Source: Candidatus Hadarchaeota archaeon
GTDB lineage: Archaea > Hadarchaeota > Hadarchaeia > Hadarchaeales > JAGGTB01
Length of the DNA: 64,000 nt
NCBI GenBank assembly: GCA_964384105.1
Contig: CAYLJV010000001.1
Span: 608,001 to 672,000, forward strand
Direction: 5' to 3'
Shown here: in pieces, positions 29,417 to 38,314 of the stretch
Layout of the letters: every line of letters starts with the position of its first letter
Position numbering within the stretch: the stretch's first letter is position 1
Program-made: the position numbers and the translations under genes
Notes under the pieces: generated by a model
What the model saw: only the letters and a program-made list of their open reading frames with translations
Told to the model about the DNA's origin: nothing
Database searches by the model: none

Positions 29417-29525
29417 TTCATATGTGGACTCAATTTTCTAAAAGGGTAGCTCCTGATTTTTATTGAGTAAATATAAAAATACGGTTTTGTTAGTAATGCT
29501 AAAACATCCAATGGGAGGTGATAGT

Positions 29526-30068
29526 TTGCATGAAATGACTGAAACGAATTTACATAATGCATTTGCTGGAGAAAGTCAAGCTCACATGAGGTACCAGATA
29601 TATGCAAAAGTTGCAGAGAAAGAGGACTATCCTAACGTAGCTAGATTGTTCCGTGCGATATCGTTTGCCGAAAAGGTTCACGCATCTAATCATCTTGAGA
29701 GAATGCCTAAGAAAGAAGGTTCCTTTGCAGGAGCCAATCCATATGGGCTCGGCGATACTTCTGAGAACCTTCAAGCTGGAATAGATGGGGAGACTTTTGA
29801 AATCGAGGAGATGTACCCAGTATATAAACGAGTAGCGGAATTTCAAGAAGAGACTAGTGCAATTCAAACATTTGACTGGGCTCTGAATGCCGAGAAAATA
29901 CATGCTAGCATGTATCGAGAGGCTAAGGAGAATGTTGATGTCGGTCAGGATATAGAGCTAGATAAATTACAAATTTGTAGTGTCTGCGGGTATACTAAAG
30001 AGGGAACAGCTCCGGATAAGTGTCCAATCTGTGGGGCTAAAAAGAAAGAATTTAGAGAGTTTGATTAA
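29526..30068 (+). CDS. rbr: Rubrerythrin
   Basis: NL..AFAGES.A..RY, E..HA, GETFE..EMYP, EKIH, C-terminal CSVCGY...CPICG. TTG start after GGAGGTGA. Confidence 0.93.
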   Translation: MHEMTETNLHNAFAGESQAHMRYQIYAKVAEKEDYPNVARLFRAISFAEKVHASNHLERMPKKEGSFAGANPYGLGDTSENLQAGIDGETFEIEEMYPVYKRVAEFQEETSAIQTFDWALNAEKIHASMYREAKENVDVGQDIELDKLQICSVCGYTKEGTAPDKCPICGAKKKEFREFD

Positions 30069-30097
30069 AAATGACTGGTAGTAAACTTCGTTTTCTT

Positions 30098-30514
30098 TTA
30101 TTTTTTCGATTTCACGAATTTTTCATAGGCTTTTAAATCTAGGAGGTTTTCAAGCTCTCCTAGATCAGAGGGTTCCAGTACGCAGATCCATCCTTCTCCG
30201 TAGGGGTCCTCGTTAATTAGCTCTGGTTTCATTTCTAAGTCTTCGTTTACTTCTGTAACTTTTCCACTAACGGGTGAGTAAACTTCGGAAGTGGATTTGA
30301 TAGATTCTACAGTGGCCACCTCAGAACCTTCAGAGTCGTTTTCTATGATTTGCTTAACTTCTTTTTCGATTTCCGGAAGTTCCACAAATTCTATATCTCC
30401 CAGCTCCTCTTGAGCATGGTCACTAATCCCGATTTTTATCTTGTCTCCGATTTTCTTAGCCCATGCATGCTCTTTGTTGAAGTATATAGTTTGAGATTCT
30501 ATTTTTCTTGGCAA
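30098..30514 (-). CDS. gcvH: Glycine cleavage H-like lipoyl carrier protein
   Basis: HAW, GISDHAQEELGDI.FVELP, VESIKS (lipoyl Lys), PVSG.V.EVN, INEDPYGEGW. Confidence 0.92.
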   Translation of the reverse strand: MPRKIESQTIYFNKEHAWAKKIGDKIKIGISDHAQEELGDIEFVELPEIEKEVKQIIENDSEGSEVATVESIKSTSEVYSPVSGKVTEVNEDLEMKPELINEDPYGEGWICVLEPSDLGELENLLDLKAYEKFVKSKK

Positions 30515-30532
30515 TTTACCTCTCCCGAATTT

Positions 30533-31879
30533 TTAGATAGATGATGGTGAAAAATCTCCAGCGTTTTCAGCGGCTTTTAGGATTCCTTCGCTTACGGTTG
30601 GGTGTACATGAACGGTTCTTATTAACCCCTCAATAGAGAGTTCGTTTTGAACCGCAAGGCTTATTTCATGAATTATTTCACTCGCTTCGGGTCCAACTAT
30701 CTGGCCCGCCTTTATTATCCCACTATCATCGATAGCTATTTGTACAACACCCTCTGCCTTGTTTTTAGTATATGCTGCCCCTATTGCTTTGAAGGATGCT
30801 CGACCAACATTATACTCTTCTTTGAATTCTCCAATTTTTGCAAGCTGAGGATCTGTAAATACGACCTCCGGTATTTTTGAGTGTCTTGAAGTCTTACCCA
30901 ATATTGAGTCTACTGCTATTACTGCATCCCTGTATGCTTTGTGTGCTAACATTTTCCCCCCAATAACGTCACCTATAGCATAGATGTCTTTCTCATTTGT
31001 CCTGAGGTTTTCATCTGTTTTTATGAAGCCCTTTTTGTCTAGTTCTACTGATGTTTTATCTAGTCCCAGTCCCTCGGTATTGGGTTTTCTGCCGATTGAT
31101 ACCAGGCATTGGTCCCCGGAAAAACTTATTTCTTCTGAGTTTTTGTCCTTCGCAATGACTGTTACCTTATCTTCTGTTTTTATTTCTGTGATTTTTGATC
31201 CGAGATGTATGTCGATTCCCATCTTTTTTGCATTTTGTGATATTGGGAAGATTACTCTTCTGTCAAAATTTGGGAGAATTTGTTCCATCATCTCAATTAT
31301 TGTAACGTTCGATCCTAACTTAGAGCAGATTGTTCCCAGTTCCATTCCTATATAACCTGCTCCGACTATTATCAGATCTTTTGGTAACGAAGTTAGATTA
31401 AAGAAGTCATTTGAGTCTAGAACTTTTTCATGATCAACCGGAATATTAGGTATTTCAGTGGGTTCAGATCCAGTGGCTATGATCGCTTTGCCGAAATTTA
31501 AGGATTCATCCCCAATTCGGGCTTCCTTGGGGGAACTTAGAGTCGCCTCTGTATTTTTAACAGTAACTCCGGCCAGTTCGAGGCTTTTTTCTGTATTTGA
31601 TATAAGCTTATCAGTATTACTCCTTGACCATTCTACAATTTTTTTATAATCTATTTCGACCTCTGCTTTTATGCCTAATTCTTGGCTTTTCTTTGGGTAA
31701 TATGCTAGATTAGCTGCGGTGACCAGTGATTTTGAGGGTATACATCCCTTATTGAGGCATACTCCACCGATTTTCTCTTTTTCTGCCAAAACTACATCTA
31801 GACCGCTTTCGGCTGCCCTTAAAGCAGCGGTTAGGCCCCCAGGACCACCGCCTATAACAAGTAAGTCTTTTGATTCCAT
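30533..31879 (-). CDS. lpdA: Dihydrolipoamide dehydrogenase
   Basis: IGGGPGG, GGVCLNKGCIPSK redox disulfide, GAGYIG.E, MLAHKA, HPTVSE. Confidence 0.93.
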   Translation of the reverse strand: MESKDLLVIGGGPGGLTAALRAAESGLDVVLAEKEKIGGVCLNKGCIPSKSLVTAANLAYYPKKSQELGIKAEVEIDYKKIVEWSRSNTDKLISNTEKSLELAGVTVKNTEATLSSPKEARIGDESLNFGKAIIATGSEPTEIPNIPVDHEKVLDSNDFFNLTSLPKDLIIVGAGYIGMELGTICSKLGSNVTIIEMMEQILPNFDRRVIFPISQNAKKMGIDIHLGSKITEIKTEDKVTVIAKDKNSEEISFSGDQCLVSIGRKPNTEGLGLDKTSVELDKKGFIKTDENLRTNEKDIYAIGDVIGGKMLAHKAYRDAVIAVDSILGKTSRHSKIPEVVFTDPQLAKIGEFKEEYNVGRASFKAIGAAYTKNKAEGVVQIAIDDSGIIKAGQIVGPEASEIIHEISLAVQNELSIEGLIRTVHVHPTVSEGILKAAENAGDFSPSSI

Positions 31880-32022
31880 CTCTTTGGATTATTTAATTTG
31901 ACTCTTTAATGTTTTTTGTAAGAAATTGTAGTTGCTTATATGTTATCTAAGAGACTAGTAATTCTCATGTCCTGTCCCTATTTTGCGTCTATAAATGCGT
32001 TAAAATTTACTCAAAGTTTTTC

Positions 32023-32247
32023 TCATGATTTTCTAATTTCTACCTCAACTTCACCGCCGTGAATTTTTAGTATTCCTGCTTCAGCCTCTATTTCTGAATG
32101 CTTGTCTTTGAATTCTTCTGGGAGTCCTCTGTATTCTTTAGGCGTAATAATAATCTTTATATCCTCTCTTTCGAATCCAGAGTCGAATAAAAGCTTTAAA
32201 GTTTCTTTTAAATTGCTTATATCTCCTAACTCTAGCTCTATCCTCAA
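32023..32247 (-). CDS. Small hypothetical protein (74 aa)
   Basis: Strong RBS GAGGTGA before a TTG start; acidic composition like host proteins. Confidence 0.6.
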   Translation of the reverse strand: MRIELELGDISNLKETLKLLFDSGFEREDIKIIITPKEYRGLPEEFKDKHSEIEAEAGILKIHGGEVEVEIRKS

Positions 32248-32492
32248 AAAATCACCTCTTGGTTATTGTTTATCTTTCCCATCCTTAATCATATTTCTGC
32301 AAGGATGAGGTTATAGGGATATGACTAATCATCAATCTGCCTTTGTTTTGTGAAGGGTATCTCCTAACGGCTTTTAATTAAAAATGTAAAAAATGGGTTT
32401 AGAAATTGCAAATAATTTGGGGTCTCTATGGCATAAACTAAAGCGTTAGACTGTAGGAAATAAAAGAAAAAAGTTTTGAGTGATGTTTTACT

Positions 32493-32834
32493 TCATTTAG
32501 ACCCAAACTCTTCTAAAGCTTCTTTAAGTTTGGTTGAGTAGGCGAGGGCGGGTCCACCACCCATCAAAGTGGCTACTGTGGCTACTTCAGTTATCTCATC
32601 TTCGGTAGCTCCAGCATCTAGCGCCTTTTTTGTATGAAGACTGATGCAGTATTTGCACCTTGCTGAGATTCCTATGCCTAGAGCGATGAGCTCCTTGGTC
32701 TTTGTGTCAAGAGCACCTTCTTCTAAAACAGAATCCATAAAAGCCTTGAACTTTTTCATTGGATCTTTTTTCTTTTTCGTTAAAAATTTGAAACACTCAT
32801 GGAATTCATCTATGCATTCTTTTGCTTCTCCCAA
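32493..32834 (-). CDS. Carboxymuconolactone decarboxylase/AhpD-family protein
   Basis: GALD.KTKELIAL, RCKYCISLH (CxxC..H), GAT..EI.E, MGGGP. Probable TTG start after GGAGGTG. Confidence 0.9.
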   Translation of the reverse strand: MGEAKECIDEFHECFKFLTKKKKDPMKKFKAFMDSVLEEGALDTKTKELIALGIGISARCKYCISLHTKKALDAGATEDEITEVATVATLMGGGPALAYSTKLKEALEEFGSK

Positions 32835-33005
32835 GAGAAACACCTCCTTTTATCTATTGGTATAAGATTGGTATGTCATTACCATCTGTTAAAGTATTCG
32901 GAGATTAGAATATTTTAATATTCAGTTTCCTATAAGAGGTTTACCGGAACAAATAAAGGGGTGTAATTAAGCTAAAAATTAGGAAAGGAGAGCTGGATTG
33001 ATATA

Positions 33006-33791
33006 ATGAATAGAGGTTTAGACGAATCTGAGATTACACGAATAATTCTGGAAGAATTTGTGGATGAATTCGGAAAAAAAGTTGAGGTAGATGTAGCCAT
33101 AGTTGGGGCGGGGCCGTCTGGGATGACTGCAGCTAGATATCTTGCAAGAGATGGCTATAATGTAGTCATTTTAGAAAGAAAACTTAGTATTGGTGGTGGG
33201 ATGTGGGGTGGTGGAATGGCTTTCCCTGTTGCCGTGATACAGCCAAAAGCAAAGGAAATAGTCGAGGAGAACGGAGTGAGACTAAAGGAGAGAGACGGCT
33301 ACTATGTTGTGGATTGTATTGAAATGGCGGCTAAAGTCGCAGCGACTACTACCGATGCTGGAGCAAAAATTTTCAATAATATAACCGTGGAGGATGTTAT
33401 GATTAGAGAAGACGATCGGGTGAATGGGGTAGTGATAAATTGGTCCTCAGTTTTATTGGCAGGACTTCATGTTGACCCTCTCTCAATTAAGTCGGATGTA
33501 GTAATTGACTCTTCAGGTCATGATGCCGAATTACTTAGAGTTATACGGAAAAAAATCCCTGATGCAGAATCAAAATTTCAGATTAGTTATCCTGGAGTAG
33601 AGAGATCGATGTGGGCAGATAGGGGAGAGGAAGAGGTTGTTAAGAATACTAGAGAGGTTTATCCTGGGGTTATAGTGTCAGGTATGGCTGCAAATGCGGC
33701 TTTTAGATCTCCAAGAATGGGTCCTATATTCGGTGGAATGTTTTTGTCCGGGAAGAAAGCGGCAGAGGAAGCAAAAAAACTGCTGGAATAA
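33006..33791 (+). CDS. thi4: Thiazole synthase Thi4 (His-type, sulfide-dependent)
   Basis: VGAGPSG, GGGMWGGG, GLHVDP, D.SGHDA, PRMGPIFGGM..SG. Confidence 0.95.
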   Translation: MNRGLDESEITRIILEEFVDEFGKKVEVDVAIVGAGPSGMTAARYLARDGYNVVILERKLSIGGGMWGGGMAFPVAVIQPKAKEIVEENGVRLKERDGYYVVDCIEMAAKVAATTTDAGAKIFNNITVEDVMIREDDRVNGVVINWSSVLLAGLHVDPLSIKSDVVIDSSGHDAELLRVIRKKIPDAESKFQISYPGVERSMWADRGEEEVVKNTREVYPGVIVSGMAANAAFRSPRMGPIFGGMFLSGKKAAEEAKKLLE

Positions 33792-33818
33792 GAATAGTAG
33801 AATAAGATCATAATTAGA

Positions 33819-34799
33819 GTGTCGAAATTGACTATTGAACATGGTATCTGGGTTGAAAAGTATCGTCCACAAAAACTGGAGGATATAGTAGGACAAGACC
33901 CGATAGTGGAAAGGCTAAAAACTTTCGTGGAGGAACAATCGCTTCCACATCTTCTTTTCGCTGGCCCACCGGGGAACGGAAAGACAACTGCAGCGTTATG
34001 TATAGCAAAGGAATTATTTGGTAAGGGATGGAAACAGAATTTTTTAGAACTTAACGCTTCTGATGAGCGTGGGATTGACACTGTCAGAACTAGGATAAAA
34101 GATTACGCTAGAACCCGGCCAGTTGGTGATGTTCCATATAAACTAATATATTTAGATGAATCGGACGCTTTGACTTCTCAAGCGCAGCATGCTTTAAGGA
34201 GAACAATGGAAATGTATTCAAAAACTTGTCGATTCATCCTGGCCTGTAATTATTCGAGTAAGATCATCGAGCCGATACAATCAAGGTGTGCTGTCTTTAG
34301 ATTTAGAAGGCTAGGAAAGGATGGAATTGCGGAAGTCCTAAAAAAGATTGCAAAAAACGAGGATTTGAATCTAAAAGAGAGCGGGATAGATGCGATTATA
34401 TACGTTTCTGAAGGTGACATGCGAAGAGCAATAAATGTTCTACAAGCTGCGGCTGCTTTAAGAGAAGAGATCAATGAAGACGTAATCTATCAGGTTAGTG
34501 CCACTGCTAGTCCAGGTGAGGTTAAAGAAATGATGAGATTAGCTTTGGATGGAAATTTTGAGGATGCAAGAAAAAAGCTAAACGATCTTACTATCAATCA
34601 GGGGCTTGCTGGGGATGATATCTTACAACAGATACATCGAGAGATTTTTGACATGGAGATACCTGAGCCGATGAAAGTGAATCTTATAGATAAAATTGGT
34701 GAATACGATTTTAGGTTGGTGGAGGGTGCAAATGAGAGAATTCAGTTAGAAGCTGCTTTAGCTTATCTAGCAAGAATTGGGAATAGAATGAAAACTTAA
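33819..34799 (+). CDS. rfcS: Replication factor C small subunit
   Basis: WVEKYRP, GPPGNGKT, ELNASDERG, LDESD, IQSRC; no intein. Confidence 0.96.
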   Translation: MSKLTIEHGIWVEKYRPQKLEDIVGQDPIVERLKTFVEEQSLPHLLFAGPPGNGKTTAALCIAKELFGKGWKQNFLELNASDERGIDTVRTRIKDYARTRPVGDVPYKLIYLDESDALTSQAQHALRRTMEMYSKTCRFILACNYSSKIIEPIQSRCAVFRFRRLGKDGIAEVLKKIAKNEDLNLKESGIDAIIYVSEGDMRRAINVLQAAAALREEINEDVIYQVSATASPGEVKEMMRLALDGNFEDARKKLNDLTINQGLAGDDILQQIHREIFDMEIPEPMKVNLIDKIGEYDFRLVEGANERIQLEAALAYLARIGNRMKT

Positions 34800-35581
34800 T
34801 TGCTCGAATAGTACTGGATTAGATTGACTGTTTCATAGCCATCTAGATTCGCTAGATGCGCTGCTTTGTTTAGTGCATCTTGATAGTTTCCTAGATTGTC
34901 GATCAGATTTAATTGAAGCGCTTCTGATCCATATACTACCGATCCATCTTTTAGAGATTCTACATAGGGTTCTATTTGTGGTCTATTATTCTCAATTCTT
35001 GAGAATAATTGGTCTGATAGGTCTTCAATCATTTTTTGTATTTTTTCGTTTTCTTCTGGGGTCGGGCTCCTCCAAGGGGCATAGGTATCCTTTTGCTCTC
35101 CGCTTTTCCATACGAAGAATTCTATCCCGATGTTTTCGTAATACTTTTCGTAACTGACCCATACGGAGATGACTCCAAGTCCTCCCGTAACTGTTTGATC
35201 CCAAGCATAAAGATAGTCAGAGGCTGAGGCTATTAGGTAGGCGCCAGATGCTCCATACTCTTCCAAGTTTGCAACTACCGGTTTTTCTTCCTTTAGTCTA
35301 GATATTGATGATTCGGCTTGGAAACAACCTGTTACTGCGCCACCCGGGCTGTTTATCCTAAGAACCACTGCTTTTATGGAAGAATCATCTCTTGCTTTTT
35401 CTATTAGGTTTGCATATCGAAAATCTGTGATTTCTCCTGTTATATTTATTACACCGACTTTTGGTTCTTCTTTAAATTTTGCTATATAGACAGAAGTGGC
35501 CCCGATTATGATCACGATAAGTACTATCGCCACCAACGCAAATTTTTTAGTATTGCTTCTTTTTCTTTTCATCTTTACCAA
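34796..35581 (-). CDS. sppA: S49 signal peptide peptidase
   Basis: N-terminal TM, LRINSPGG, GASGAY..AS, KSG..KD. Confidence 0.9.
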   Translation of the reverse strand: MVKMKRKRSNTKKFALVAIVLIVIIIGATSVYIAKFKEEPKVGVINITGEITDFRYANLIEKARDDSSIKAVVLRINSPGGAVTGCFQAESSISRLKEEKPVVANLEEYGASGAYLIASASDYLYAWDQTVTGGLGVISVWVSYEKYYENIGIEFFVWKSGEQKDTYAPWRSPTPEENEKIQKMIEDLSDQLFSRIENNRPQIEPYVESLKDGSVVYGSEALQLNLIDNLGNYQDALNKAAHLANLDGYETVNLIQYYSSN

Positions 35582-35656
35582 TAAAACATTTCTAGAAACT
35601 ATTTAATGAATTCTTTATTTTTTCGGTTAGTGAAGCATTTGTAGTTTATAAGTGGA

Positions 35657-36034
35657 CTAAGTACTGGTCTTTAGTGCTTTTCCAATTCTTTCTACTAAGT
35701 CTTCGGAATTGAATGGTTTATGAATGAAATCTGATATTTTTAGTTTTTCTAGCTTATCCTTTTCGATCTCACGCTTTTTTGCAATAGTCAAAAATATTAT
35801 TTTAATGTCTTTTAGACCTAGTTCTTTTCTGATCTTTTGGGCAAGTTCTAGTCCACTCGTTTCTGGCATAAAGACATCAATCAGCAGTAGATCTATATCC
35901 TGTTTTTTGACTATTTTCAAAGCTTCGTCGCTGCTATTTGCAGTTGTGACCTTATATTCTTTTGATTCGAGTATTTTACACACTACTTTTAGGATACCAG
36001 GAACATCGTCTACAACTAAAATATGACCATTCAT
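35657..36034 (-). CDS. Stand-alone CheY-like receiver
   Basis: ILVVDD, DLLLIDVFMP, IIFLT, FIHKPF. Confidence 0.92.
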   Translation of the reverse strand: MNGHILVVDDVPGILKVVCKILESKEYKVTTANSSDEALKIVKKQDIDLLLIDVFMPETSGLELAQKIRKELGLKDIKIIFLTIAKKREIEKDKLEKLKISDFIHKPFNSEDLVERIGKALKTST

Positions 36035-36042
36035 GAACTCAA

Positions 36043-37647
36043 CTATTTTGGGGGAAGAGTAAAATAAAAGGTTGTTCCCTTCTTGTCGTTGGATTCAACC
36101 CATATTTCTCCATCATGTGCTTCTATGAGTGATTTGCAGATATTTAGACCTAAACCGCATCCTTCTTGTGAATGGTCGATCTGGTGAAATTTTTGGAAAA
36201 TCCTTTTCGTTTCTTTTTTCGGAATTTTATTCCCTGGATTATTTATCGAAAATTTGATTTTCCCTGACTTTTCCTCTAAAAAAATTCTTATTTTTTTGTT
36301 TTCTGATCTGTATTGTATCGCGTTGTCTATTAGTTCACTTAAAACAAATCTTATTTTTTCTTTATCAGCCTTTATTTTAGAGCTCTTCTCTATTTCTGTT
36401 TCGAGTTCGATTTTTTTGCTTTTTTCTTCTAATATTTCTTGAATTAGTTTCGATAGATCAACGTTAGTTTTTTCTAGTTTCAAAGATCCAGATTCGATTC
36501 TGGAAGCCTCGAGTATCTTCTCCACTGATTTTTCTTGTCTTCTGATAGCCAGCTCTATCTCTTGTAGGAGATCTCTGTTATCCTCATTTAATTCTTCAGA
36601 TAAATTCTGGAGAAGGAGGTCTATGTTTGCCCTCATTACTGTAATGGGTGTTTTCAACTCATGAGCACTCATCGCAATAAAGTTGTCTTTCATTTCGTCT
36701 AGTTCTTTTAGTTCTTCGTAGGCTTTTCTTAGTTCTGCAGTTCTCTCTTTGACTTTTTGCTCCAGTTCTTCTCTACTTAGCAATTTTAGTTTTTCTTTTT
36801 CTAGAGTCTCTTCAGGCGTTGATTTTATTATCTCCTTAAAGTTTGACAACAGTTCTTCTTCTTTTACTATACCGCTTTTTCGAAAGTATTGAAAATTTTT
36901 TTCTATGGTATCTTTGATTGACGTTCGATCAATGTTTTTTTTAAAGATGGAAATACAGCGTTCCACAACTCTTGAAAGCTCTAATCTGACCTGTTCAGTA
37001 ATTTCTTTTTCAGGTAGATTTTTGGTCTTTAGATATATTTCTCTGAAATCTATTTCTTTATCTTTTAGTGATATTTCGAAGGTTTCTATGTCTGTTTTTT
37101 TCAGTGCACTCTGAATGTTCTCAATATTTTTCTCTGTGCTTTTATCGAGAAGGGAGTCTATTATTTTTTTAGAAAGTAAAAATGCTACATTCCGATATTT
37201 GATAGTTCTAGCTTTTTTGTCCTCTAAGTAATCTATAACTTTATTTTGAATTACTAGTTTACGATGTTTTGCTGTTATCTTTTTTAACCAATTTATGGCT
37301 CTTTTTTCACCTTCATGTTTCTTTAGGATCTCGTACGTATTAACAAAAACTTCTTTAAACGAATCTATTTTCTGTATTTCTATTTCCTGTTTTTTGATAT
37401 ACTCGAGTGCGGAGGTGAGGGGGGAGAAGGATAGTAAGGGTTCAGAATTTCCTGTAGTTATTTTTACATCTTTTCCGTCGAATTTTGTTATCTTTCTGAT
37501 TCCAGCATTTTCTAAAAAGTTTTTATACTCTATGATTCCTTGTCCTAATTCTTTTCCGGATGAAGAATCCCATAATTCGTTTAGAAAAGTCTGCCAATGT
37601 TTTATAATCTCTGATTTTTGATGAATCGAGTTCGATTCCTTCTTCAT
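36043..37647 (-). CDS. Soluble sensor histidine kinase (HisKA + HATPase) with uncharacterised N-terminal region
   Basis: LEQKVKERTAEL coiled coil, H-box SAHELKTP, N-box ELIDNAIQY, F-box IFQKF, G2 GCGLGL, GTTFYF; no TM segment. Confidence 0.92.
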   Translation of the reverse strand: MKKESNSIHQKSEIIKHWQTFLNELWDSSSGKELGQGIIEYKNFLENAGIRKITKFDGKDVKITTGNSEPLLSFSPLTSALEYIKKQEIEIQKIDSFKEVFVNTYEILKKHEGEKRAINWLKKITAKHRKLVIQNKVIDYLEDKKARTIKYRNVAFLLSKKIIDSLLDKSTEKNIENIQSALKKTDIETFEISLKDKEIDFREIYLKTKNLPEKEITEQVRLELSRVVERCISIFKKNIDRTSIKDTIEKNFQYFRKSGIVKEEELLSNFKEIIKSTPEETLEKEKLKLLSREELEQKVKERTAELRKAYEELKELDEMKDNFIAMSAHELKTPITVMRANIDLLLQNLSEELNEDNRDLLQEIELAIRRQEKSVEKILEASRIESGSLKLEKTNVDLSKLIQEILEEKSKKIELETEIEKSSKIKADKEKIRFVLSELIDNAIQYRSENKKIRIFLEEKSGKIKFSINNPGNKIPKKETKRIFQKFHQIDHSQEGCGLGLNICKSLIEAHDGEIWVESNDKKGTTFYFTLPPK

Positions 37648-37657
37648 TTTTCTACCT

Positions 37658-38311
37658 TCACAGGGAGATAGCTCTTGCTATAAAAATGAATTTGACCATT
37701 GCGAGCCAACCTGCAAAGGGGGGAAATTCAGGGTTTTTAATGAGGATTAGATTAGTAAAAAATATTCCAATTGTGAAAATTAATATTCCTGTTCCGATAA
37801 GTTTGTATTTCCTTCTAAGCAATTTTAGTTCTAGGTGCTCTTTTAGAAAATAAAAGATGATTCCCAATATTAAAAATAGGTATAGAAATATTGTCCCAAA
37901 GAATACGGTAAAGTTTATTGTAGAGGCATCGTAGCTCCAACCCCATTTACTCCAGGAGATTATTGGATCAAGGAAATAAACTGAAATTACTGAGGGTATT
38001 GATAATAATAGGGTAGCTAAATATTGGTTTTTCCATTTGCGAATAGATAGAATCGACAGAAGAAGTAATGGAAAAGCAAAAGTACCTAAATATAAACTAT
38101 TTTTGAAAAACAGAGAAGAAAGATGGGCAGTGGCGGCATTTCTATGTAAAAAGATAAGTGAGAGCCAGAGTATAATACAGATTCCATAACCTGAGAAAAA
38201 TAAGTGAGTTTTGCTCCTTGGATTTTTATGTAGTAGATATACTGTGAGGGCCAGTGAAACAATTGCACCAATTATATATTGAAGCGTCCAAGGGGTAAAA
38301 TACCATGCCAT
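37658..38311 (-). CDS. Stand-alone multi-TM sensor domain (HisKA_7TM-like)
   Basis: 217 aa, about 7 hydrophobic helices; KNPRSKTH..F after TM1, W, WGW loop, basic RRKYKLI before TM6, terminal PF...IARAI pattern. Confidence 0.7.
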   Translation of the reverse strand: MAWYFTPWTLQYIIGAIVSLALTVYLLHKNPRSKTHLFFSGYGICIILWLSLIFLHRNAATAHLSSLFFKNSLYLGTFAFPLLLLSILSIRKWKNQYLATLLLSIPSVISVYFLDPIISWSKWGWSYDASTINFTVFFGTIFLYLFLILGIIFYFLKEHLELKLLRRKYKLIGTGILIFTIGIFFTNLILIKNPEFPPFAGWLAMVKFIFIARAISL

Positions 38312-38314
38312 TTC

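Noticed and set aside
29489-29503. GTTAGTA-A-TGCTAAA before rubrerythrin as another copy of the UbiA-locus operator
   Set aside because: Spacer is 1 nt rather than 2 and there are several mismatches; may be chance or a different regulator's site.
32250-33005. TPP or fluoride riboswitch near thi4 or the 74-aa ORF (CATCCTT/AAGGATG hairpin at about 32280-32307)
   Set aside because: The conserved riboswitch cores could not be found; only one short hairpin is present.
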